Below, piece after piece: positions 53,092 to 64,000 of a stretch of 64,000 nt of DNA. The number at the start of each line of letters is the position of its first letter. Position 1 is the stretch's first letter. The notes under the pieces were generated by a model, which did not search any database, had not been told where the DNA came from, and saw nothing but the letters and a program-made list of their open reading frames with translations. Origin of the DNA: Macrostomum lignano (Eukaryota); assembly GCA_002269645.1 (NCBI GenBank), contig NIVC01002165.1, forward strand, positions 1 to 64,000, written 5' to 3'. Both the position numbers and the translations under genes were made by a program.

Positions 53092-53796
53092 GGCAATCTT
53101 TAAGTTTTGTTCGTTAAATTATTTTTTCAATGATTTCTGAACTATCTTGCTCTGAGATGATTATTTTCGAGCATTCCAGTGTACCCAGCCCTTTCCTAGT
53201 TGAGAAAGTAGCAGTTTTGTTAATATTATATATCTAATGTACCGTAAAGCTGTTGGTAGGCAAAGGAATGTCTATGGCCCATATTACGGTAACGTAATGA
53301 TGACGTGGCTTTCACTGACGTGGCATTTTAGCAAAGAATGTCTATGGGGAATAAAGATGCTACTATAGGCAGCTTTAGGAGTGGCATGGAGTAATATCAT
53401 AAGCAGTTAATAGACAAGCAGCTAATACACTATAATATAAGACTAATACATTATGGCAAGACGACCAGTGGCACCCACTTTTATTGTACCAGTAGCACAA
53501 GTGCAACCAGCTGCAGCTTTGTGCGACATCACCTTGACAATGCGGGAACTGGCTGTGATTATGGCAACTATTGATTACTGTGTCTGTTTGTACTCAGCGT
53601 TACATGTTAGCTTTGCTTGTTTGCATCTTATATTTCTAGCTTTATGGTACCTTAGAGGTTAATATTAACAAAGCTGCTACTTTCTCAGCTAGGAAAGGGC
53701 TGGGTACTCTGGAGAGCTCGAAAATAATCATCTCAGAGCAAGATAGTTCAGAAATCATTGAAAAAATAATTTAACGAACGAAGCTTGAAGATTGCC
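53092..53796. mobile_element. 705-bp MITE, GGC termini, ~140-bp TIRs, 8-bp TSD (Merlin/Mutator-like)
   Basis: 53092-53228 is inverted relative to 53660-53796. AAATATTA flanks both sides (53084-53091, 53797-53804). Confidence 0.8.
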
Positions 53797-54356
53797 AAAT
53801 ATTATATTATTAAGAATATTAGGCTCAATGATAAGTAAAGAATCCATACTTGATCTACTCTTTTTGATATTCTAGATACATGCTGTAGAGACTATATACT
53901 CAGAATATTATTAGCACTATCTATTGGATAGACTTCTTAAGTAACAAGGCAGCTAAAATTATAGTCTGGACTAGACTATACTATACTTGTTTGAATCTGA
54001 TACACTTAAAAACACTCGTTATTTTTTACTGAATTTCTAAAATCTTAAATAGTGATCATTAAGAATTAGCATACATAGAGAGCTGTATCCCTTAAAAAAG
54101 CTTACAATTTAGCTTAAATTTTAGCTTTTTAAATTTACTACTATTTTAAGGCAGCTAAAATACTTACCGTTTTAAATTTGCTACACATGAAAATTAAATT
54201 ATTATAACAAATACAATACCAAACAGAATAAAAAACGAAATAACTTAGAAAAATATTTTTTCTCAAAGCAGAAAGTGTACCTTTAAGATACACGCGTTGT
54301 TAAAAGCGTTTTTTGTATAAAAGTTTAAAGCTGTTTAAATTAAAAAAATCGCAGCA

Positions 54357-54366
54357 CTTTCTCTTC
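54357..54366 (+). promoter_or_regulatory. Possible TCT/5'TOP-type initiator of EF1-beta
   Basis: CTTTCTCTTC about 140 nt upstream of the ATG fits YCTYTYY, typical of translation-factor genes. The TSS cannot be verified. Confidence 0.3.
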
Positions 54367-54500
54367 ACTGTCGATTTATTTTATAGCTGGACATTAATAA
54401 TAGGGCCTAACAGTGTTATTTCTTATTATTGAATATTGTGTGCATCGTGCATTTTGGTTGTGCTTTCTTAAGTTTAATATTTTTGTCTGGTGGAAAAATA

Positions 54501-57500
54501 ATGTCTTTCGGAGATCTTAAAACTGAGGGGGCTGTTCAGAAACTTAATGCCTACCTAGCTGACAAAAGCTACATTGAAGGGTAAGAGTAGTCTTTTGAGT
54601 TCAATTCATTCGTTTTTGTTTAAATAAGAATTTTTATTCTATACTTTTGCGTGCACTTTCTTAACTGACAAGACGTTTAATTGCACTTTATTAAAAAGAC
54701 CATATCTTTACCTATATGTATAGGCTAGTACATTTTGTATGCCAAATTCAATTATTTAAGGTTCTAGCATGCAAAATATATATATTAATCAACTATGAAA
54801 AATTAATGCATGCTAGAAAATAAGAAAATTCTGGCATATAGGACATCTTCCTATGGCATAACCATAGTCTATGGCATAGGCCTAGGCATTAATGAATGAG
54901 TGCAAAAGTTGATTATTATATATTTTGATATAATATGTATAACTATATGGTATAGGTACTGTTACTTTTGTGGGTATAACATTCATTATCTAGCATCAAT
55001 TTTAAAAATTCAAAAAGCAGTCTACAGAAAAGATTGCTACAATCAGTTCATAAAATTTTAATTCACAGGAAGCTATAGAACGAGAGCTACAATTAAAATA
55101 AACACTACTTTTGGGACACCCCTTGCATACATGCGCAACTTCTGAAATTACGCTGGCCGTGCGACTTAGTTTTCGATAAAAAATGCAACTTACCTATGAA
55201 AGAGCCAAGCAAAAACTTTAGGTAAACGGCAGGAGTAACTATGACCATATTTTTAAAGCTAAATGCCTCGCCAGCTAATTAGTGCTGCGTGCAGATTCCA
55301 CGTTTTTATAACAGCTAATCAGTGTCATCTAGTGGCGGCATGAAGCAATTAGTAAATTGTCAGTACAGTGTAGTGAGCATACTACAAAAGTCATGATTCA
55401 TGAATGTCTAGAAGTAAGTGAAGTGAATACAGTGTGACCTATAGCTCAAGAACGATTTGCTAGACGATTTGGCATGGAAGATGAGAGCCCTGATTCAGAT
55501 GGCTCATCAGATGCAGAATACGAATCCAGTAGAGATACAAGCTGTGAAAACCCACAGATTTTTAAAACACTGAATTCTAATTCCCGGAACTATTTTTGCA
55601 TAGATTCTAAATTTGAAGTCATGCTCAAACAAAAACTTGTTAACAGTTAGGAGAAAGGCAAAGATGGGAGTAATGCATGTTAAACTAAGATTTGAGGCCT
55701 TTGCAAATTCTCTCCATTCCTCAATCTTCTCATCCTCTTTTTCTTTTCTCTCTCATCCCTTATCCCTTCTCTCTTTCCTCTCCTCTCCTATCTCTTCTGT
55801 CTCCTCTCTACATTCTTATCTCTCCTCTCGTCTCTCTCCATTCCACTCTACTCTCTCATCTTATCTCTCCTCTCTTTTCTACTCTCTCATCTCTCCTCTC
55901 TTCACTCTCCTCTGATCTCCTCTTTATCCTCTCTTCTCTCATCTACTCTCTCCTCTTTCCTCTTTCCTCTCTTCTGATCTCATCCATCATCTTTTCTTTC
56001 CTCTTTCCTCTCATCTCCTCTTCTCTCTCATCTCTTTTTCCTCCCTCAGCTTTTCTCTCCTTTTCTATCTTTTCTCCCATCACATCGCTCGCCTCTCCTC
56101 TGTTTGCTTATCTCTAATCTTCTATTCCCTCTACTTTGAAGTAAGAAAATATGCACATATTTTTGCTGAAGATAAGAGGAGAGAAGAGGGCATTGAGGAG
56201 AAAGGGTAGAGAGAAAGGGGGAGAAGAGAGGAGAGTAAAAATGAGAGGAGAGAGAAGAGGGAAAAGGGGGAGAGAGAAGAGGGGAGGCAAGGTAGAGAAG
56301 AAGAGAGAGATGAGAGTTGAAGAGACACCAACCTTGCTACTCGTAGTTAGGAAGTTTCAAAGAACCCGAGGGGCGAGGGCCAGATAGAGGGGCTTCGCGA
56401 GCCGGAGTTTGCCGACCCCTGCTCCAGAGTTTAAGAAATCAATGGGAAACTGTTGACGCGGGCTTCTGATTTCAAAGATCTTGTCTGTTGTTGAAGGCTT
56501 CTATTCTGTTTTTGCTCTCCTGCCACACTTGCACCTACTACCCCCTGATTGCCTCTGATTGTGACTTACTTCCCTCTTATTGCAACTTAGTTGCTTCTTT
56601 TTGCGACTTACCTAATCCTTTTTGCGACTTACCTAATCCTTTTGCGACTTACCTAACCCTTTTGCGACTTACCTAATCCTTTTTGCGACTTACCTAATCC
56701 TTATGCGACTTACCTAATCCTTTTGCGACTTACCTAACCCTTTTGTGACTTACCTAATCCTTTTTGCGACTTACTTAATCCTTTTTGCAACTTACCTAAT
56801 CCTTTTTGCGAGTTACCTAATCCTTTTGCGACTTAGCTGATCCTTTTGCGACTTACCTGATTCTTTTTGCGACTTACCTAATCCTTTTTGCGACTTACCT
56901 AACCCTTTTGCAACTTACCTGATCCTTTTTGCAACATAGTTTGCTTCTTTTGCGACTTACCTGATTCTTGTTGCGACTTACCAGTACCTGATTATTTTTA
57001 CAACTTAGTTTGCTTCTTTTGCGAATTGTTTTTCTTTTGCTTCACGATTTTCCCTGAACTGCTCTTTCTTTCGCTTTCCTCTTGCCTTTCTTGGTTCTTG
57101 TGTTTTTCTGTTTTTGGTTGACTCAATTTTGCGACTTACCCCTGGTCAGCCACGATTTACGGTGGCCGGATCGGCCAGGTCGGCCAGCAGTTGCGCATGT
57201 ATGACCCCTCGTATGTTAGTATCTATCTAAAAAGCCCACTAAGTAGTTGGTGCAGATAGCATGGTGTAGATATAGTTGAACCCAAATAAGGCACTTAATG
57301 GTTAAAGACCTTTAACACCAAGCAGATTAGATTTATCATGAAAAAGAATATATTGTCTATATTTGGCCATCCTCTTTTAGCCAATATTGTCACATCTTGC
57401 AAGCAGTGGACCTTTAGCTAAATGTAGCCTTTTTAGCAAGTCATTGATGCAACTTTTTTGTTTCACTAGATTTTTTACCATCCCTGGGCCATGCCATTGT

Positions 57501-60500
57501 GGTTCGGTCTGCGGTCATTTCATCTGCCGCCTTTTTGTCTGCCAAAGAATTTTAGTAGACGAAACGACTTTTTTATTTATGTTTATTTTGGTTCACTTAT
57601 TTAGTATTTTTTATGTAGGGAATTAAAATAAATTAGTATAAGCAAGTTTTAAGTATGTTTTCTTATTTATATTGATACATTTTGTTTTTCTTCATTTTCT
57701 ACGAAACCTAACTAACCTATATAATACTTTTGACGCATCGATGCATGTGTGCCTACAATTTCGATTGCTCCTTACATCTTACACTTTGTGCATTTAAGCT
57801 AGTTGTATTTGTGAATAAATTGCATATGAGTTTACATACACGAAAAAAAAGAAAGTTGGAAGGAAACTAAACGGTTAGAGATATTTGCTTCTGGCTTTGT
57901 GTATTTATATGCAACATATTAGCTCCGGAACTTTCAGAAAAATCCTAGCATTATAATAAATTACAATTAATAAGACATTTACATTACACTTCCATGCAAA
58001 GCTTGATGACATAATTAGTTATTCCGATTTATATATTATATATATTGGCAGACGAAACAACTATATCGTATATTGGCAGACAAAAAGGCGGTAGACGAAA
58101 AGGTGGCAGACGAAATGACCGTCAACCTGTGGTTCTATCTAGATATAACATTTGTCACAACTACAAACAGCATTGAATCATTTCCTTCCCAATGCATCAA
58201 CATATGCAGAGGCATCAAAGATAGCCAATAGTAGATATAAATGCAGATGACAAGGTTGACCACTGCTATCAGTGTGCTCAAAACCAGGATACAGAAGACT
58301 GTTGAGCTTGCAAATAGCCAATGGCAGAAAAATAGCTGCAGTCAGCTTCCTTTTTCTAGTCTACAAGCTATATACCAAAGCATGCTTATGTTTTAGCTTG
58401 TCAGAAATTTTATTAATGCTAATATAAACTAGGCAGCATTCAGTATTTGCAATAAAATGCATAAGAAAACTCTTATAACCAATTGTATATGTCACATTGG
58501 CTATCCAGAAGCATATTCTTAGCAAATTTTTTGTATAAGATACTATTCACTAAATTAAAGTATTAGGGCTAATTCCCTCAATAAGATCTTTTAGAAATAC
58601 AATAGCATCCAAAAATTAGCAGATTCTAGTTTATAAAATAGATGTTTAAAGATATTGAAAACCCAAAATTGACCTATTTCAATGGACTTACAATTTGTAA
58701 ACTTTGTATCTAAGCCTTGAATGTATCCACATATAGCATGTCTACAATTGTTGCAAACAGTACAAAAACTATTGAACTATATATAGTGTTCATTGATTTA
58801 GCCAGGTTGGTAAATTTATATAAAGTTTTGGGCAGTTGGTTGTCTAGCATTGGAATCCCTAAAATATGCAATAGTTATTTCTGATTTTCCTTAGTCTATT
58901 TGGCTTCTATAGTGAATCTACTTATCATTGTAATGGCTTCATAAATGGTGACAATGGAACATTGCAAGGTGAGTTCATATGGCAGTCTATAGTCAAACCA
59001 TCAATAGCAAAGTTACTAATTAAGCCAATAGCATAGCATCACTTGCAATGCCATTAATGTTTGTCCTATCATTAACTGAGATACTGTTGTTGTCAGAGCC
59101 ATTGTTGCTATCATCAGAGTTGTTGCTACTATTGTCAGCTATTGTTGCTATTGTCAAAGCCATTGTTATCATCAGAGCCATTGATGCTATTGTTAGAGCA
59201 GTTGTTGCTATCATTAAAGCCGTCTCTACTATTGTCAAAGCCATCATTTCTGTTGTCAGAACTACTTTATTGCTAGAAATATTCTCTACTAATTATAATC
59301 TGGAGCTTTTGTTGTGCACCTGACTCTAAGCTTCTTGCATCCTGGTGCATCTTTACCCATGCTCACATTGGATAAAGATCAATCAATGTAGCTTTCCTTG
59401 CAAAAGCATGATTGTGCTCTTAATATACCAAAACTACAAACTGCTTGTCTGCAAGGCTTACCTATGCCAGATTTGGTGGCTTTGCTTAATTGCAAAAGTT
59501 GCTAGCATATGAGTGAGTATCAGTCTCTCATTTAATGTAGCTAAAAAATTTAGTCAACCATCTATGATATACTTATGAAGATATAAAATGCACTGCATTG
59601 CATCAGCCAGAATAAAAATCAATTGAGAATTCTATGCCTAAAATTGACTATATGGAGTAACTTGCTTGCAAGCTGATAACTAAATCATGTCAAATTATTG
59701 TAAAAACTAGTCTTGCAATTAGTAAAGAGTAATTTCATTAATAAAAAAGCCTAAAAGTTGAGTCTCAATTTGGCAACATAAATAAATAGAGGAAAAATTG
59801 TACAACTTTTGAAAAAAAAGTGGTGCAATAAGATAATGTCATAACTGTTATATATTTATATACTTGTTACACTTTAGAACATTTTAAGCAAATGAATATC
59901 CCTTAAATAACTGAAATTTGATCCAAAAAATCTATGCTCTCTTTCAGTGGTTTCTTTTGTAGATTCTGAAAGAACCGCAAAAGTGTTTGGCAATGCTGGA
60001 ATCTCTGAAAGAAACTGCCAAGTGATTTCTTGGGCAGGTTTTAGGTAGTTTATTGTGCTTAGAATTATCCATTTTGAAGGTTTAAAGGTGTGTGTAGGAC
60101 TTTTGCTGATTTTCTGTTGCTTATTTATTTAGCATGTAATCAGCCAAAGAAATAGCCATATTTTGTAGCAGGCAAGTGGCAAGATCTGCTTATATTGTAC
60201 ATCTAACTTTGTTTAAAAGGATGTCAATATAAACATATATAGATTTAGGCCTAACTTTATCAATTTAGGCTATTGACTTATACTAGTCTCTTTATTTAGG
60301 CTTTAAAGTTTTAGACTTGTACATGTTGAATGTACAAAACTTTAAATATACATTTTTGAATATTCAAAGGCTTTTAGATATAAGCAATATGTTGCATCAT
60401 TTAGCCAATTTGGAATCTTAAGAATTTAGCTCTATTTAGCTATATATATAAAGCTATCTTTAGAGTTCTTTCTAGTAGTGGAATAGGTGAAAATTGCCTA

Positions 60501-63231
60501 CTTTGACAATTATAAAAGTTTAATAGAACAATTCTTGGAGCTAATAGCCATACATATATATATTAACAAAGTGGCTATCATTGTTGTTTTGCAATTGGTA
60601 ATTGATAAGGTTATTACTAAATTTAGAGGTCTACTGATTTGCCTCTTGATAAGGTGATCTAAGAGCAATGGCTCTTTAGTTGATTTGACTAGGATCTGAA
60701 TGCCAAATCCAATAGATTAAGTTTCTATTCCAAATATGTTGATTCTAAAATAATATTTTCAAATATATTCTTGAAGACATGTCAAACAGGTTGTTAGCTG
60801 TGCCAGAATATATGTATATTCTTTTATACTATAAATTTAAAGAATATTCTTTATATTGCATTTGTTCTTACCTCTCTAATAACTTTCTATAAATCTTTTA
60901 TTGTTTGTCTTCCTAGTCATATAGCAACTAAGGGTTCATTTATACTAAATATTACTAAATAAATAGAAAAGTACACTAAACAAATCCTGTCAGAATTTGG
61001 CATACCAACTTTTCAAGAATTTTTATTCTATGCCAGACTGTTATTTATAACCCTATTTGAAACAAACATCTGAAAAGAATTTGATGCCACTATTAAGTTA
61101 AAATATACAAATATACAAACAAACTGATCAATGTAAAGATTGATTTTTTGTCTACATAGGATATTGTGTGCATAGCTCCAACCACATTTGTGCTCACATA
61201 AAGGTTTTTATAAGCTTCCCTTGATAATAATGATAATAATATTCATATAAAAACTAAATAAAAAATAGTAATTGGTAAATTACAATTAAAATAAATATCA
61301 AAATGTGTAATTAGGCAATATAGACATCTATATCAGTCTAGCAAATTGTTAACCAATAGAGTTTAATATTATAGATTATAGGCTTTTCAGTAGCTGATAC
61401 AAAGCTATCTACAACTACTAGTTTTAGCCAGCCCTTGTCTAAGAACAAAGAAAAATTTTTATGACAAAAAATTAGCCCAAACCTTAAATAATATGTGTTT
61501 ATCTACTATCTTGTTATATACAGTTTGGTCTAGGCCATTATTTGTATTGTGGTCGAGGTATGCAATCTAGTGTAGATTTTTTAAAAATTGCTTGGTGCTT
61601 TAGCAGTGTGTGTGCGTGCTATTTAATTACTGAGCTAGCCAAGTTTTTGTACTTAACCGTGAAGCATCTGCATATTTCTCTAGGGTTTCAATCTTTAAAC
61701 TAGGCAATGCAAATCCATGATCAATTGGCAAGAGTGGAATGAGAGTTGCCTTCAGCGTCTTAGAATAACAGAGCTTCTTGGCAAATATTGACAGCTTGTC
61801 TCTAGGTTAGGTGTTGCCAGGTTGCCAGACATTTTCCCCACATTCATCACAAAATAAATGTGTCCATTGCTTCACCTGCCGCCATTCGTGCAGCTACCAG
61901 CCAACTGCAGCCGATGTCGCCGTGTTCGACGCCCTCTCCGGCGCGCCAAAAGACTCGCTGAATCACGCGCTCCGCTGGTACAAGCACATCGCCTCCTACT
62001 CCAAGGCTGAGCGGTCCGGCTTCCCTGGCGACAAGTCCAAGAACGCCGCGGCGCCTGCCGCCAACGATGACGACGACGACGTTGACCTGTTTGGTAGCGA
62101 CGATGAGAACGACGCCGAAGCTGAGCGCATCAAGCAGGTGAAATCTCATTCGGTGTATGTACGCAGCTTAGGCATCTTGCAGACCGTGTCTAGGGTACGG
62201 GGAGCTTCAAGGATATTGAAGGCCGTGCTTAGAGTACGGGGAGCTTCAATGATATTGAAGGCCGTGCTTAGAGTACGGGGAGCTTCAATGATATTGAAGG
62301 CCGTGCTTAGAGTACTGGGAGCTTCAATGATATTGAAGGCCGTGCTTAGAGTACGGGGAGCTTCAATGATATTGAAGGCCGTGCTTAGAGTACTGGGAGC
62401 TTCAATGATATTGAAGGCCGTGCTTAGAGTACTGGGAGCTTCAATGATATTGAAGGCCGTGCTTAGAGTACTGGGAGCTTCAATGATATTGAAGGCCGTG
62501 CTTAGAGTACTGGGAGCTTCAATGATATTGAAGGCCGTGCTTAGAGTACTGGGAGCTTCAAGGATATTGAAGGCCGTGCTTAGAGTACTGGGAGCTTCAA
62601 TGATATTGAAGGCCGTGCTTAGAGTACTGGGAGCTTCAATGATATTGAAGGCCGTGCTTAGAGTACTGGGAGCTTCAATGATATTGAAGGCCGTGCTTAG
62701 AGTACTGGGAGCTTCAATGATATTGAAGGCCGTGCTTAAAGTACGGGGAGCTTCAAGGATATTGAAGGCCGTGCTTAGAGTACTGGGAGCTTCAATGATA
62801 TTGAAGGCCGTGCTTAGAGTACGGGGAGCTTCAATGATATTGAAGGCCTGGATTAGAGTATTGTGAGCTTAAAAATCTCAGCGATTTAACGCGTTAACCT
62901 TGGCATCCTTCAGGAGCGCCTGCAAGCCTACCAGGAGAAGAAGGCCAAGAAGCCCGCCCTCGTTGCCAAGAGCAGCATCGTGCTAGACGTGAAGCCGTGG
63001 GACGATGAGACTGACATGGCGGAGATGGAGCGCTGCGTTCGCAGCATCGCCACCGACGGCCTCCTGTGGGGCGCCAGCAAGCTGGTGCCGGTTGGCTACG
63101 GCATCAAGAAGCTGCAGATTGGCTGCGTTGTTGAAGACGACAAAGTTGGCACCGACTTCCTAGAGGAGGAGATCACCAAGTTCGAAGACTTGGTCCAATC
63201 TGTGGACGTGGCCGCTTTCCAGAAGATCTGA
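54501..63231 (+). CDS. EEF1B2: Translation elongation factor 1-beta (eEF1B-alpha), 3 exons, 213 aa
   Basis: Exons 54501-54580 ([17 protein letters not shown], donor GTAAG), 61894-62137 ([30 protein letters not shown]), 62914-63231 ([49 protein letters not shown]). Phases 2 and 0 match. AATAAA near 63317. Confidence 0.95.
55221..55301 (+). pseudogene. Degenerate 28S rRNA fragment (helix 68-71 region, R2/Pokey/I-PpoI target neighbourhood)
   Basis: GGTAAACGGCAGGAGTAACTATGAC..TTAAAGCTAAATGCCTCGCCAGCTAATTAGTGCTGCG versus the eukaryotic LSU consensus GGTAAACGGCGGGAGTAACTATGACTCTCTTAAGGTAGCCAAATGCCTCGTCATCTAATTAGTGACGCG (recalled). Confidence 0.8.
56600..56990. repeat. 20-21-bp minisatellite inside the hAT-like element
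   Basis: (GCGACTTACCTAATCCTTTT)n. Confidence 0.9.
57506..58127. mobile_element. 622-bp MITE, GGT termini, 8-bp TSD (Mutator/Merlin-like)
   Basis: CGGTCATTTCATCTGCCGCCTTTTTGTCTGCCAA is inverted at 58072-58127. TSD TGTGGTTC at 57498-57505 and 58128-58135. Confidence 0.8.
62190..62850. repeat. 39-bp minisatellite, EF1-beta intron 2
   Basis: (GAGCTTCAATGATATTGAAGGCCGTGCTTAGAGTACTGG)n; explains the read-through part of ORF 61811-62866. Confidence 0.95.
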
Positions 63232-64000
63232 GCGAGCCACCTTAGCCCTGGGAGACTGTGCGTTTTGTTTTCAAGTTATTCTTGGCAATCTAAAAAATCA
63301 AATAATTATTCATAAAAATAAACTGTCAGCGACCAAATTTATGCGAATGGTGACAGGCCAATCACTGCCAGATTGATGCATGCTGCCGCTTACAGTGGAC
63401 ACGACAGCTTTGTTGGACTTTAAAATGGATAAATTTAAGTGCCTATCGATGCGCTTTGGTCTTTTTTGCCTTGTCTTTGCTTTCTTCTGTATTACTAAGA
63501 ATTCAGGTGAAATATCTAGGTTAGTTAGAAACAGTAAAAAAAGCGTTTCGGTAATTTTACGCGGCCTACGAAGCCTCTCTATCCGGTTCTTCAGGTCGTT
63601 TGAAACTTTACAATAACAATCCGCCCGTTGAAAAGCGTTACCGTAATCAGAATCATTAAGTGACGCAACTCAGCGATTCTACAGCGACTAGCCAGATACG
63701 ACTATTCGGCCCCAAAGTCATTATCGTAGAAGCGCCCCAGAGTCGCAGACAATAAAACATCTCAAATTTACTCATAGGTGACTCTTAAGCGGACCGGTCC
63801 GATGAAGACGGTCGCGGTAAAATTAAGGTTTATGTGACTCCTCTCATCTGACCCTTGAAGTAAAAAAAGTTAGCCGACCCCAATACTACTGAATAAGTAG
63901 CTTATGAGTGAACAGAAGAATTTCATCCAACCAACAGGGTGATCATTTGCACACGTGTGTACCACAGTTTTCCGCTCTGGGTTTCTCAATTAACCCTTAG

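Larger units (their letters stand above)
55126..57203. mobile_element. hAT-like non-autonomous element (2078 bp) in EF1-beta intron 1
   Basis: 15-bp perfect TIR CATACATGCGCAACT. 8-bp flanks ACCCCTTG / ACCCCTCG (one mismatch). Contains a 28S-like fragment, CT/GA-rich blocks and a ~21-bp minisatellite. Confidence 0.7.

Noticed and set aside
54270-54286. AGTGTACCTTTAA as a Kolobok-type end, and TTAACCCTTAG at the window end as a piggyBac start
   Set aside because: Single short motifs with no partner terminus visible.
56409-56422. GTTTGCCGACCCCTG, a typical hAT/Charlie right end
   Set aside because: No matching left end or TSD found.
61811-62866. 351-aa EF1-beta ORF with a repetitive C-terminus
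   Set aside because: Read-through of exon 2 into the 39-bp intronic array; the spliced model restores the canonical protein.
63545-63605. Minus-strand CTGAAGA..CCGAAAC, reminiscent of a Penelope-type hammerhead ribozyme
   Set aside because: I could not build stems I and II with convincing pairing. An Infernal/RNAbob search would be needed.

Overview
Eukaryotic (animal) genomic DNA. The style (GC-rich exons, minisatellite-filled introns, weak splice donors) is most like a free-living flatworm such as Macrostomum; that assignment is an inference. Five genes can be built by hand: a TP53I11/PIG11-like gene (+, ~490-2817, several apparent small deletions), EIF1AD (-, 5992-5496, one frameshift), CCDC186 (-, 6 exons, 20069-12665), an insulin/IGF receptor tyrosine kinase (-, 11 firm exons plus 2 candidate insert-domain exons, 40421-23222), and elongation factor 1-beta (+, 3 exons, 54501-63231). 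Nearly every intron holds its own private tandem-repeat array, and these arrays produce most of the long ORFs in the track, which are spurious. The AT-rich stretches (6-12 kb, 43-61.7 kb) are transposon graveyards: a Tc1/mariner-type element with long TIRs, hAT-type elements and MITEs with readable target-site duplications, a Merlin transposase relic. Two CORE-type tRNA SINEs sit in introns elsewhere. Most notable: the one-intron-one-array architecture, extreme local CpG loss with CpG-biased TIR divergence, a 28S rRNA helix-69 fragment inside a hAT-like element, a possible operon-like InR-CCDC186 junction, and an unusual Cys-rich insert in the receptor.
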